This document shows, piece by piece, positions 29,512 through 41,581 of a stretch of 64,000 bases of DNA (the first letter of the stretch is position 1; the number at the start of each line of letters is the position of its first letter). Source of the DNA: an uncultured Chloroflexia bacterium (lineage in GTDB: Bacteria; Chloroflexota; Limnocylindria; Limnocylindrales; CSP1-4); contig CAVVYR010000008.1 in the NCBI GenBank assembly GCA_963752475.1, forward strand, positions 288,001-352,000. Reading direction: 5' to 3'. A model generated the notes under the pieces. The model was not told the DNA's origin. It did no database searches and saw only the letters and a list, made by a program, of their open reading frames with translations. The position numbers and the translations under genes are program-made.

Positions 29512-32500
29512 TCAGCGCGGAACGGCGACCGCCACGCCCAGCCCATCGGCTACTGACTGGAGCGTCTCGGCACTGTCAGCGATGAGCACCAACGCCGGGT
29601 TCGAGACACCGCTCGAGACATCGACCGGAGCGACCAGGCCGACACCGTCGAGGCCGGCGACGACCGCGTTGGCGGCATCGCCGAACTGCTCGATGTCCTG
29701 CTCGGTATCCCACTTGGTCTGCCACACGATGGCCCAGCTGCCGTCAGGCCCGTCGAGGCTGACGAGGCGATCACCGCCCCAGCCGGCCGCGGCGTTGGCC
29801 CTCGGCAGCTTCACCGCCGCCTTGGGGCCGGTCTGCTCGCCGGCAGCGCCGTCAGCCAGCCATACGCCGATGCGCAGCTCGCCCATGGTCTGCTGCCACT
29901 TCTCCGACCAGCCGTTCCCAAGACGCGCGGCGATGCCGTCCATGACGATCGTCGTCGGTCGCTCGTCGGGATACTTGGCGGGGTGCAGGATCTGTTCGGT
30001 CGACTCGGGCAAGCGGCCCCAGGCACCGTTGACACTGCCCCAACCGCCGTCACTCTTGAGCCGATCGACGAAGATGCGGCCCTCGAGGAACGGGAACGAG
30101 TACTCACGCTGGAGGATCAGCGGCATGGAGGCGTAGATCGCGTCATCACCAGGAACGGTGATGCCGTTGGTCTGCGCGTCGTTGCCGTACTGCGCCGACC
30201 ACTCGATCATGGCCGAGGTTCCGTCGCCCAGCTCGAGAGCATATGCCGCGAGAGCCTGATCACCTCGGGTCTTGTCGCCCACGCGGGCGGCTTGAAGCCC
30301 GAAGTTCTGGTCGACCAGCGCCCGATCCAGCTCACGCGCAGCCTCAGATCGCTGGGAAGCGTTGAGCTTGTCGTTCGGCTCCAGCACTGACAGATGGCCT
30401 TCGTCCTCGAAGTACGCGACCGGCAACGCCTGTCCGTAGAGCGTCTCGAGCAGCGCGGCCAGGTCGGCGTTGCCCTCGAGCAGGCCCAGCCGCTTGAGCG
30501 CACGCTCCTCGGCCTTGATCGCACCGGTGTCGCGAAGGATGCCGATGCGCTCGGCCAGACCGAGCTCGTGCTGGCGGGCATTGCTGCCGTCATACGGCGT
30601 GTTGCCCAGGTCGAGCCCTCGGATCTGCTGGATCCGAGCGGCGATCGAGTCGAGCTGCGAGGCGACCTCAGCACTGGCGAGGTCTCCACCGGTGCCCATC
30701 TGCTCGATGGCCGGGCCGGTCGAGAACGTGTAGTCGACGGTGCTGTTCTTGTCGAGCGTGGTACCGGCGGCCGGGCTCTGATCGATGACGGTGCCGGATG
30801 GCGCCGCGTTCTCGGCGGGGGTGTTGGTGCCGACGGTGAGCTCGGCCTCCTCGATGGCGGCCTGCGCCTGACCCTGGCCGAGGCCGACGATGTCGGGCAC
30901 CGTGACCTGCTTGGGGCCCTTGCTTATCGTCAGCGTGACGGTGGAGCCGACATCGACCACCTCGCCGGCGACGGGCTCGGTCTTGACGGCGTTGCCAGCA
31001 GCCACGCTGCTGTTCGTCCGCTCCTGGATCTCCACCACGAGCCCGAGGTTCTCGAGATCGTTGACGGCCCGGGCCTGGGACGAGTCCTTGACTGCGGGGA
31101 TCTCCACCTGGGGTGGACCCGCGCTGATGGTGAGGTTCACGGCCGAACCGGTCGGTACCTCGCTCCCAGCGGCAGGATCCTGGCTCAGGACCGTGCCCTG
31201 GGGCGCGTTGTCGTCGGCAACGCTGACGTCACCGACGACGAGCTTGGCGTCCGTGATGGCCGCTTCGGCCCTGCCACGACCGTCACCGACGACATCGGGC
31301 ACGATCGCGGGCTTGGGGCCCTTGCTCACGTTCATCGTGACGGCCGAGCCGACATCGACGACCTCGCCTGCGGCAGGCGTGGTCTTGATGGCGTCACCGG
31401 CCGCGACGTTGGCGTGATGGACTTGCTTGGTCTCGACCACCAGGCCGAGGCCTTCGAGCGTCGACTGCGCTTCGGCAGCCGGCACGTTCTTGACTGCGGG
31501 GATCTCCACCTGGGGTGGACCCGCGCTGATGGTGAGGTTCACGGCCGAACCGGTCGGTACCTCGCTCCCAGCGGCAGGATCCTGGCTGAGGACAGTGCCC
31601 TGGGGGGCGGCGTTCTCCACGCGGTCGTCGGTGCCGACCACGAGGCCGGCATCGGTGATGGCCGCAGAAGCGGCGCCCTTCCTGGAGCCAACGACATCGG
31701 GCACGACCGCAGGCTTGGGACCCTTGCTGACCGTCAGCGTGACGGTCGAGCCGATACCGACCACCTGACCGGCGGCGGGCTCGGTCTTGACGGCGTTGCC
31801 GGCCTCGACCGAAGCGTTGCTTCGTTCCTGGGCCTGGACCACGAAGCCGAGTCCCTCGAGGGCAGCCTGCGCATCGGCGGCGGGCGAATCCCTGACCTCC
31901 GGGATCTCAGCTGTGGGCGGCCCCGAGCTGAGCGTGAGGTTGACGGCCGATCCCGTCGGCACCTCGGCATCGGCAGGAGGGTCCTGCGCGATGACGGTGT
32001 TCTTGTCCGTGGCGTCCTCCACAGACGTCTCCTCGCCGACCACGAGGCCGGCATCGCTGATGACCGTGGAGGCGGCGCCCTTCTTCGAGCCGACCACGTT
32101 CGGGACGACCACCGGCTTGGGGCCCTTGCTGATGGTCAGCGTGACCTCCGAGCCGACATCGACCGGCGAGCCGGCAGCGGGCTGGGTCTTGACGGCGTTG
32201 CCCGCGGCCACTTTGGCGTTGTGGGCTTCGCGGGTGACGACCGAGAGACCTTCGGCCTCGAGGCTCGCCTGCGCGTCGCCAGCGGCCACGTCCCTGACCT
32301 CAGGGACCACGATCTGTGGCGGACCCGAGCTCAAGGTGATGTCCACGGCCGAGTTCTTGTCGGCCTGACCACCGGGAGGGGGGTCCTGCGCGACGACGGT
32401 GTTCTTGGCGGCAGTATCCTCCACCACCGCTTCGGCACCGACCTTGAGCTCGGCGCCGGCGAGGGCGGTCTCAGCCTCGCTCAGCGTCATGCCGACGACA

Positions 32501-35500
32501 TCAGGGATGTCGACCTGCTTGGGGCCCTTGCTCACGATGAGCGTGACCTCGGCGCCGATCTCGGCCTCGGTTCCGGCGGCGGGCTCGGTCTTGACAGCCT
32601 GTCCAGCCGGGTACTTGGCGTTGGTGCGCTCGACGGGCATGACCACGAGGTCTGCGGCCTCGAGCGCGGCCTGAGCGGCGGCGGCCTCCTGGCCGGCGAC
32701 GTCCGGGACGGTGCGGAACTTGGTGCCTGTCGAGATGAAGAGCTTCACGGACTCGCCGAGCAAGATCTCCTCACCCTCGGCCGGGTTGGTCTTGATGGCG
32801 TCGCCGGCTCCGACCTTCTCGTGCGTCTGCTGTGTGATCTCGCCGACCACCAGATCGGCGCCCTCGATCGCTGCCACTGCGTCGGCCTCCGGCAGATCGC
32901 GAACGGCAGGGACCTGGACGAACGGCGTGGGACCATCACTGATGACGAAGTCGACCGCCGAGCCCATGTCGACCTCCATCCCGGCGGACGGGGACTGGCT
33001 GACGACGTTGCCGGCGACGATGGTCTCGTCGTAGGCGTCGGTGATAGCGCCGACACTGAGGCCGGCGGCCTCGATGGCAGCGGCTGCGTCGGCTTCGGGG
33101 CTATCGACCACGTCCGGTGCGGCCACCTGTTCGACCCCGAGGCTGATGACGTAGTCGACGGCCGAAGCGGCGTCGACGGTGGTGTCGGCGGAAGGGCTGG
33201 TGCTGGTGACGTTGCCCGCGACGATGGTGTCGCTGAAGGCCTCGGTGCGGTTGCCCGCGGCGAGGCCGGCGTCGTCGATGGCGGCGAGCGCGTCGGCCTC
33301 GGCCATCTCGACGACGTCGGGCACCGTCGACCTGCTCGGGACCGATGCTCATGAAGAGGGAGACGGCGGAACCGATATCGACCATCTCACCGGCTCCTGG
33401 ATCCGTGCGTAGGGCGGCTCCGGCGGGCACGTTGGCATGGTTGCGCTCGAGGACCTCACCGACGGTCAGGCCGGCGGCTTCGATGGCACTCGTGGCGTCC
33501 TCCTGGGACAGCTCACGCACCTCGGGCACGGCGGCCTGCTCCACGCCGAGGGACTCGACGTAGCTGACGGCGGTGCCGAGCTCGACCTCGGTGCCGGCGC
33601 TCGGCGACTGGCTGATGACGTCGCCCGCGGCGACGGTGTCGCTGTATGCCTGGGTCGCGTCACCGACGCTGAGGCCGGCGGCGCTGATGGCATCGGGGGC
33701 ATCGGCGGCGGGCCCCGCGAGATCGGGCACGGCCACGGTCTCGACCCCGAGGCTGATGACGTAGTCGACGGCCGAAGCGGCGTCGACGGTGGTGTCGGCG
33801 GAAGGGCTGGTGCTGGTGACGTTGCCCGCGACGATGGTGTCGCTGAAGGCCTCGGTGCGGTTGCCCGCGGCGAGGCCGGCGTCGTCGATGGCGTCGAGCG
33901 CGTCGGCCTCGGCCAGGTCGACGATGTCGGGCACCGTCGACCTGCTCGGGACCGATGCTCATGAAGAGGGAGACGGCGGAACCGATATCGACCATCTCAC
34001 CGGCTCCTGGATCCGTGCGTAGGGCGGCTCCGGCGGGCACGTTGGCATGGTTGCGCTCGAGGACCTCACCGACGGTCAGGCCGGCGGCTTCGATGGCACT
34101 CGTGGCGTCCTCCTGGGACAGCTCACGCACCTCGGGCACGGCGGCCTGCTCCACGCCGAGGGACTCGACGTAGCTGACGGCGGTGCCGAGCTCGACCTCG
34201 GTGCCGGCGCTCGGCGACTGGCTGATGACGTCGCCCGCGGCGACGGTGTCGCTGTATGCCTGGGTCGCGTCACCGACGCTGAGGCCGGCGGCGCTGATGG
34301 CATCGGGGGCATCGGCGGCGGGCCCCGCGAGATCGGGCACGGCCACGGTCTCGACCCCGAGGCTGATGACGTAGTCGACGGCCGAAGCGGCGTCGACGGT
34401 GGTGTCGGCGGAAGGGCTGGTGCTGGTGACGTTGCCCGCGACGATGGTGTCGCTGAAGGCCTCGGTGCGGTTGCCCGCGGCGAGGCCGGCGTCGTCGATG
34501 GCGTCGAGCGCGTCGGCCTCGGCCAGGTCGACGATGTCGGGCACCGTGACCTGCTCGGGACCGATGGAGATGGAGTAGTGCGACCTCGGAGCCGACGGCG
34601 AGCCATCTCACCGGCTGCCGGGCTCTCGTGCGTAGGGCGCTCACCGGCCGGGACGGTGTCGCATGGTTACCTCGAAGGGGTGCCGACGGCGAGGCCGGCG
34701 GCGGTCGATGGCACTCGTGTCGGCTTCATCGGCGGGCCCCGCGAGGTCCGGCACGGCGGCCTGCTCCACGCCGAGGGACTCGACGTAGCTGACGGCGGTG
34801 CCGAGCTCGACCTCGGTGCCGGCGCTCGGCGACTGGCTGATGACGTCGCCCGCGGCGACGGTGTCGCTGTATGCCTGGGTCGCGTCACCGACGCTGAGGC
34901 CGGCGGCGCTGATGGCATCGGGGGCATCGGCGGCGGGCCCCGCGAGATCGGGCACGGCCACGGTCTCGACCCCGAGGCTGATGACGTAGTCGACGGCCGA
35001 AGCGGCGTCGACGGTGGTGTCGGCGGAAGGGCTGGTGCTGCTGACGTTGCCCGCGACGATGGTGTCGCTGAAGGCCTCGGTGCGGTTGCCCGCGGCGAGG
35101 CCGGCGTCGTCGATGGCGTCGAGCGCGTCGGCCTCGGCCAGGTCGACGATGTCGGGCACCGTGACCTGCTCAGGGCCGATGGAGATGGTGTAGTCGACCT
35201 CGGAGCCGACGGCAGCCATCTCACCGGCGGCCGGGCTCTGGTCGTTGACCTCACCGGCCGGGACGGTGTCGCTGTTCACCTCGAAGGTGGTGCCGACGGC
35301 GAAGCCGGCAGCGGTGATCCTCGCGTCGGCTTCATCGGCGGGCCCCGCGAGGTCCGGCACGGCGGCCTGCTCCACGCCGAGGGACTCGACGTAGCTGACG
35401 GCGGTGCCGAGCTCGACCTCGGTGCCGGCGCTCGGCGACTGGCTGATGACGTCGCCCGCGGCGACGGTGTCGCTGTATGCCTGGGTCGCGTCACCGACGC

Positions 35501-38500
35501 TGAGGCCGGCGGCGCTGATGGCATCGGGGGCATCGGCGGCGGGCCCCGCGAGATCGGGCACGGCCACGGTCTCGACCCCGAGGCTGATGACGTAGTCGAC
35601 GGCCGAAGCGGCGTCGACGGTGGTGTCGGCGGAAGGGCTGGTGCTGGTGACGTTGCCCGCGACGATGGTGTCGCTGAAGGCCTCGGTGCGGTTGCCCGCG
35701 GCGAGGCCGGCGTCGTCGATGGCGTCGAGCGCGTCGGCCTCGGCCAGGTCGACGATGTCGGGCACCGTGACCTGCTCAGGGCCGATGGAGATGGTGTAGT
35801 CGACCTCGGAGCCGACGGCAGCCATCTCACCGGCGGCCGGGCTCTGGTCGTTGACCTCACCGGCCGGGACGGTGTCGCTGTTCACCTCGAAGGTGGTGCC
35901 GACGGCGAAGCCGGCAGCGGTGATCCTCGCGTCGGCTTCATCGGCGGGCCCCGCGAGGTCCGGCACGGCGGCCTGCTCCACGCCGAGGGACTCGACGTAG
36001 CTGACGGCGGTGCCGAGCTCGACCTCGGTGCCGGCGCTCGGCGACTGGCTGATGACGTCGCCCGCGGCGACGGTGTCGCTGTATGCCTGGGTCGCGTCAC
36101 CGACGCTGAGGCCGGCGGCGCTGATGGCATCGGGGGCATCGGCGGCGGGCCCCGCGAGATCGGGCACGGCCACGGTCTCGACCCCGAGGCTGATGACGTA
36201 GTCGACGGCCGAAGCGGCGTCGACGGTGGTGTCGGCGGAAGGGCTGGTGCTGCTGACGTTGCCCGCGACGATGGTGTCGCTGAAGGCCTCGGTGCGGTTG
36301 CCCGCGGCGAGGCCGGCGTCGTCGATGGCGTCGAGCGCGTCGGCCTCGGCCAGGTCGACGATGTCGGGCACCGTGACCTGCTCAGGGCCGATGGAGATGG
36401 TGTAGTCGACCTCGGAGCCGACGGCAGCCATCTCACCGGCGGCCGGGCTCTGGTCGTTGACCTCACCGGCCGGGACGGTGTCGCTGTTCACCTCGAAGGT
36501 GGTGCCGACGGCGAAGCCGGCAGCGGTGATCCTCGCGTCGGCTTCATCGGCGGGCCCCGCGAGGTCCGGCACGGCGGCCTGCTCCACGCCGAGGGACTCG
36601 ACGTAGCTGACGGCGGTGCCGAGCTCGACCTCGGTGCCGGCGCTCGGCGACTGGCTGATGACGTCGCCCGCGGCGACGGTGTCGCTGTATGCCTGGGTCG
36701 CGTCACCGACGCTGAGGCCGGCGGCGCTGATGGCATCGGGGGCATCGGCGGCGGGCCCCGCGAGATCGGGCACGGCCACGGTCTCGACCCCGAGGCTGAT
36801 GACGTAGTCGACGGCCGAAGCGGCGTCGACGGTGGTGTCGGCGGAAGGGCTGGTGCTGGTGACGTTGCCCGCGACGATGGTGTCGCTGAAGGCCTCGGTG
36901 CGGTTGCCCGCGGCGAGGCCGGCGTCGTCGATGGCGTCGAGCGCGTCGGCCTCGGCCAGGTCGACGATGTCGGGCACCGTGACCTGCTCAGGGCCGATGG
37001 AGATGGTGTAGTCGACCTCGGAGCCGGGCGCGACCTCGGCGTCGGCGGCGGGATCGGAGCTGCTGACGTTGCCCGCGACGATGGTGTCGCTGAAGGCCTC
37101 GGTGCGGTTGCCCGCGGCGAGGCCGGCGTCGTCGATGGCGTCGAGCGCGTCGGCCTCGGCCAGGTCGACGATGTCGGGCACCGTGACCTGCTCAGGGCCG
37201 ATGGAGATGGTGTAGTCGACCTCGGAGCCGGGCGCGACCTCGGCGTCGGCGGCGGGATCGGAGCTGCTGACGTTGCCCGCGACGATGGTGTCGCTGAAGG
37301 CCTCGGTGCGGTTGCCCGCGGCGAGGCCGGCGTCGTCGATGGCGTCGAGCGCGTCGGCCTCGGCCAGGTCGACGATGTCGGGCACCGTGACCTGCTCAGG
37401 GCCGATGGAGATGGTGTAGTCGACCTCGGAGCCGGGCGCGACCTCGGCGTCGGCGGCGGGATCGGAGCTGCTGACGTTGCCCGTGACGATGGTGTCGCTG
37501 AAGGCCTCGGAGCGGTTGCCCGCGGCGAGGCCGGCGTCGTCGATGGCGTCGAGCGCGTCGGCCTCGGCCAGGTCGACGATGTCGGGCACCGTGACCTGCT
37601 CAGGGCCGATGGAGATGGTGTAGTCGACCTCGGAGCCGGGCGCGACCTCGGCGTCGGCGGCGGGATCGGAGCTGCTGACGTTGCCCGTGACGATGGTGTC
37701 GCTGAAGGCCTCGGAGCGGTTGCCCGCGGCGAGGCCGGCGTCGTCGATGGCGTCGAGCGCGTCGGCCTCGGCCAGGTCGACGATGTCGGGCACCGTGACC
37801 TGCTCAGGGCCGATGGAGATGGTGTAGTCGACCTCGGAGCCGGGCGCGACCTCGGCGTCGGCGGCGGGATCGGAGCTGCTGACGTTGCCCGTGACGATGG
37901 TGTCGCTGAAGGCCTCGGAGCGGTTGCCCGCGGCGAGGCCGGCGTCGTCGATGGCGTCGAGCGCGTCGGCCTCGGCCAGGTCGACGATGTCGGGCACCGT
38001 GACCTGCTCAGGGCCGATGGAGATGGTGTAGTCGACCTCGGAGCCGGGCGCGACCTCGGCGTCGGCGGCGGGATCGGAGCTGCTGACGTTGCCCGCGACG
38101 ATGGTGTCGCTGAAGGCCTCGGAGCGGTTGCCCGCGGCGAGGCCGGCGTCGTCGATGGCGTCGAGCGCGTCGGCCTCGGCCAGGTCGACGATGTCGGGCA
38201 CCGCGACCTGCTCGGGACCCTGGCTCACCACGAGGTCGACGGTGCTGCCCTCGGGCAGCTCGGAATCGGTGACAGGATCGGTGCTGATGACACCCCCGGC
38301 GGGGACGTCATCGTCGTAGACGTAGTCGATGTTGCCGACCGCGAAGCCGGACTCGTCGAGGACGGTCTCGGCGTCTTCTTCGCTCAGACCCGACACGTCG
38401 GGCACAGAGCCGGTGGGCACCGCCTGTGCCACTGATAGGTCGATGGTGGAACCTTCCTCGACCGGCTCTCCGGGCTCGGGTTCCTGCGAGAGGACGGTCC

Positions 38501-39197
38501 CGGGTTCGGCGTCGTCGGTGTTGACGGTCTCGACACGGATGACCAGGCCATAGTCGCCGGCCGTCGCTTCCGCCTGCTCGAGCGTGAGGCTGACGAAGCT
38601 CGGCGTGTCGACGATCGTGATGCCGGGGCTTTCGCTGGCTTCTTCGGTCGCGGCCGGGCTGGGCGAGAGTGAGGCGTCGACGTCGCTCAGGTTGTCGAAC
38701 GGGCGGAAGAGGATGAGCACGATGGCCAAAGCCACGATGAATGCACCCACGAGGATGCCGCCCACCAGCAGCACGGGCGTGCCCTCGTCCTCGGGCTCTT
38801 CGCCGGGCGGGATGGGGGGTGTCTCAGGCGGCTCGAGGGTGACCTCGGGCTTGGCGGCGAGTGCGGCGAGTGCAGCCTCAGTGGCCTCGGGATCCGGTGC
38901 CACGGGCGTCGTCGTCCAAGCAGCTCCGGCAGCAGCGGCGTCAGCTGCCTCGGCCTCGGTCTCGGCGACGACGTCTGCGGCAGCCTCCTCGTCCGCGGCA
39001 GGCGCGTCACCGACCGGTTCTGCGGGCTCGCCCTCCTCGGTCATGCCTGCGGACTCTTCGGCCGCTTCGGACTCTCCGGCCGCTTCGGCCTCCTCGGGCT
39101 GCTCGGTCGCCATCTCGGCCTCCTCGGGCTCGGGCGGCGTGCTCTGGGGATCGGTGGACATGTTGTCGTCGCCGGCGTCCGGCCTCTTCTCTGTCAT
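29512..39197 (-). CDS. Giant membrane-anchored PASTA-repeat protein (~39 PASTA domains) with C-terminal inactive zinc-metallopeptidase-like domain; three frame breaks as assembled
   Basis: ORFs 34641-39197, 33660-34544, 33101-33934 and 29512-33324 join into acidic N-terminus, TM helix, VPD(V/I)...VxLxxSxG repeats and a peptidase-like tail. Confidence 0.85.
33130..38200. repeat. Hierarchical tandem repeat within the PASTA gene
   Basis: Marker gacgatgtcgggcaccg recurs every 204 bp (6 units, ~38188 to 36964), then at 606, 606, 606, ~616, ~610, ~610 bp (three-domain units). Confidence 0.92.
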
Positions 39198-39337
39198 GGC
39201 AGGCGGACCTTATGCCAACCCGAGTGGGTCTGTGGGGCGATCCGGGAACCCATCTGGGTCTTTCCCGACGCAAGTGTCCGTTTCTTCATCGTCCGCCGCT
39301 CCTCGCTTCACTCGCAGGCGGCTCGCGATGTCAGAGG

Positions 39338-40603
39338 TCAGAGACCGAGGGTGTCCTTGAGAGTCCCCAGGGTCGCGTCGCTGTCGGCCACCAGGACGAG
39401 TACTGGAGAGGATAGTCCTCCAACGACATCGGCATTCGTCGCGCTATGCGCCCCAGGCAGGTCATTCATGGCCTTCCGAGCCGTGGAGCGGAACTCCTTC
39501 TGGTCCGCCGTGCTATCCCAGGCCGTCTGCCACACCACGGCCCATGCCCCGTCAGGTCCGTCGAGGCTCACGAGCCGGTCTCCACCCCAGCCGGCCGCGG
39601 CGTCGGCGTTGGGCAACTGCGCAGGCAGCGCCGGGAACAGCGATCGCGTCTTCTTGCCGTCGGCGAGCCAGATGTGTGTCTGCATCTCACCCATCGTCTG
39701 CTCGTAGCTGGAGACCCAGTCCGCACCGAGCGCCGATGCGATGTCGGGCAACTCGATCTCGACGGGCAGTTCCTTGGGGTAGAGCTCGGGGTGCAGGATC
39801 TGCTCCGTCGAGACGGGCGGGTCAGCGAAGGCGGCGTCGACCGCACCCCAGTCACCCTGGCCACGGAGCGCATTGACGAAGGTGTAGCCGTCGATGTAGG
39901 CGAACTCGAGCGGGCGCGTGACGATGTCCGGGAGGCGATCCAGCTTGTTTGCATCCTGTTGCGTGAGCGCCTGCGCCGAGACCGAGATGAGGTCGCGGAG
40001 CTTGAGCTCGCGCGCGGCCCAGTCGTACATCACGGCCGTGGCGTCCCCCTCGACCAGTGCCGCCTCGGCCCAGATGCGATCGGCCATGTCTGGGTCCTCG
40101 TCGTAGAACGTGTCGAGATCGAAGGCCTGATCCTGCAGGGCATGGCCGTACTCGTGAGCCACGATGATCTTCTCGGTGGGGCCGATCTTCTCGACCGGGC
40201 CGATGATCGAGAACGTCTCGGTCTCCGGATCGTAGGCCGCGAGCGCCTGCTGGTCGTAGAGCTTGAGGGTGAGCTTCTCGAGGTCCTGGTTCGGACCGAT
40301 CAGCCCGAGGCGCTTGTAGGTGTTTTCCTCGGCCTCGATGAACTCGGGCGGGTATTCCTCTAGCAGAGACTCCTTGAGCCCGGTCAGGAACGCCTCCGAG
40401 TCGATGACCTCATAGGTCACCCCCTCGGCCGCCGGCAGGCGGCGGATCGCAGGGACCGCGTCCGTGACCTCGGCCACGCGGTCGGCCATCTTCTGGGTGA
40501 AGCCTTCGGGCAGCTCGGACGCTTCCTCTTGTGCCGCGGCGGGCGTGACGACGAGCGTCGTGAGCAGGAGGGCAGGAGCGAGGGTGTGTCGGAGAGATGC
40601 CAT
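39338..40603 (-). CDS. Secreted putative zinc metallopeptidase (HEXXH), paralogue of the PASTA protein tail
   Basis: Signal peptide ..PAAA-Q; AHEYGHALQDQ, ALVEGDAT, PPVSTEQILHP, AAAGWGGDR. Confidence 0.8.
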   Translation of the reverse strand: MASLRHTLAPALLLTTLVVTPAAAQEEASELPEGFTQKMADRVAEVTDAVPAIRRLPAAEGVTYEVIDSEAFLTGLKESLLEEYPPEFIEAEENTYKRLGLIGPNQDLEKLTLKLYDQQALAAYDPETETFSIIGPVEKIGPTEKIIVAHEYGHALQDQAFDLDTFYDEDPDMADRIWAEAALVEGDATAVMYDWAARELKLRDLISVSAQALTQQDANKLDRLPDIVTRPLEFAYIDGYTFVNALRGQGDWGAVDAAFADPPVSTEQILHPELYPKELPVEIELPDIASALGADWVSSYEQTMGEMQTHIWLADGKKTRSLFPALPAQLPNADAAAGWGGDRLVSLDGPDGAWAVVWQTAWDSTADQKEFRSTARKAMNDLPGAHSATNADVVGGLSSPVLVLVADSDATLGTLKDTLGL

Positions 40604-40872
40604 TGCCGCATTCTGCCAGCCCTTCGCCCAAACACCAGCGGGACGAATGGGTCGTTTCGCCGAACGTGCACCAGATGTGCGTTTCTTCATCATTCGGGGT
40701 CTGGTGCCTTCACGCTCGATGTCTACTCTTCTCGATACGGAACCGCGAAGATGATCTTCACAGTTCCCTCTCCCTCCCTCTTGGAACGAGGGGCGCTGAT
40801 TGGGCAGGCGTCCCTCGTTCCTTCTTTGTGTGCCTCCGGTGGGCCGCGCGCGCCTGTGGCACCATCGGATTC

Positions 40873-41559
40873 ATGGAAATCACCTGGTTCGGCGGCTCAT
40901 GTGTTCGTCTCAAGGGACGTGAGGGGGTCGTCGCCGCAGACCCGTTCCGGTCCATCGCTGGGCCCACGGGCCGTGGCCTCACCGCAGATATCGTCTCGTA
41001 CGGCCACCCCGACGAGTCGGTCGTGACCGGGCGTGGTTCCAAGGCCAAGGCCGGTGTGACCTCACACCAGCTCGGTGTGCCGCTGCCGACGAGCCTGGAG
41101 AGGGCCTTCGTGCTCGACTCCCCCGGAGAGTACGAGGTCCACGACGTGATGGTCGTGGGTGTGCGCACGTTCCGGGACAACGAGCAGGGTGCCGCCCGCG
41201 GGATGAGCACCTCGTTCGTATACGAGCTTGACGGGATCTACGTCGCTCACCTGGGCGAGGTCGGGCATCTGCTGGACCAGGACACCGTCCGCGAGATGGG
41301 CCACGTCGACGTGGTCTGCCTTGGCGTAGGGCCGCAACTGAGCGCCCCTCACGCGGCTGAGATCGTGGGGCAACTCGATGCCCACATGGTGGTGCCGATG
41401 CCGCTGACCGAAGCCGCTGCCGCGCCGGGGGGCGACCTCGAGAAGTTCCTCAACGAGATGAGCGCGACCGAGGCCCAGCCAGTGCCCAGCCTGAAGGTGA
41501 CCATCTCGACCGTGCCCAACGAGACCACGGTCGTGCTGCTGGAGCAGCGCGGACGCTAG
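40873..41559 (+). CDS. MBL-fold Zn-hydrolase-like protein (Lactamase_B_3 type), metal motif degenerate
   Basis: MEITWFGGSCVRL, DPF, PGEYEV, HLG, VVPM; several usual His ligands absent. Confidence 0.75.
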   Translation: MEITWFGGSCVRLKGREGVVAADPFRSIAGPTGRGLTADIVSYGHPDESVVTGRGSKAKAGVTSHQLGVPLPTSLERAFVLDSPGEYEVHDVMVVGVRTFRDNEQGAARGMSTSFVYELDGIYVAHLGEVGHLLDQDTVREMGHVDVVCLGVGPQLSAPHAAEIVGQLDAHMVVPMPLTEAAAAPGGDLEKFLNEMSATEAQPVPSLKVTISTVPNETTVVLLEQRGR

Positions 41560-41581
41560 CAGCCGCTCCTGCGGACGCCAG

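Noticed and set aside
33130-38200. Regular repeats as a CRISPR array
   Set aside because: Units are 204/606 bp, in-frame coding, with no unique spacers and no cas genes
30394-38435. Very long + strand ORFs (986 aa, 1462 aa)
   Set aside because: Antisense shadows of the GC-rich repetitive PASTA gene; no start signals or domain motifs
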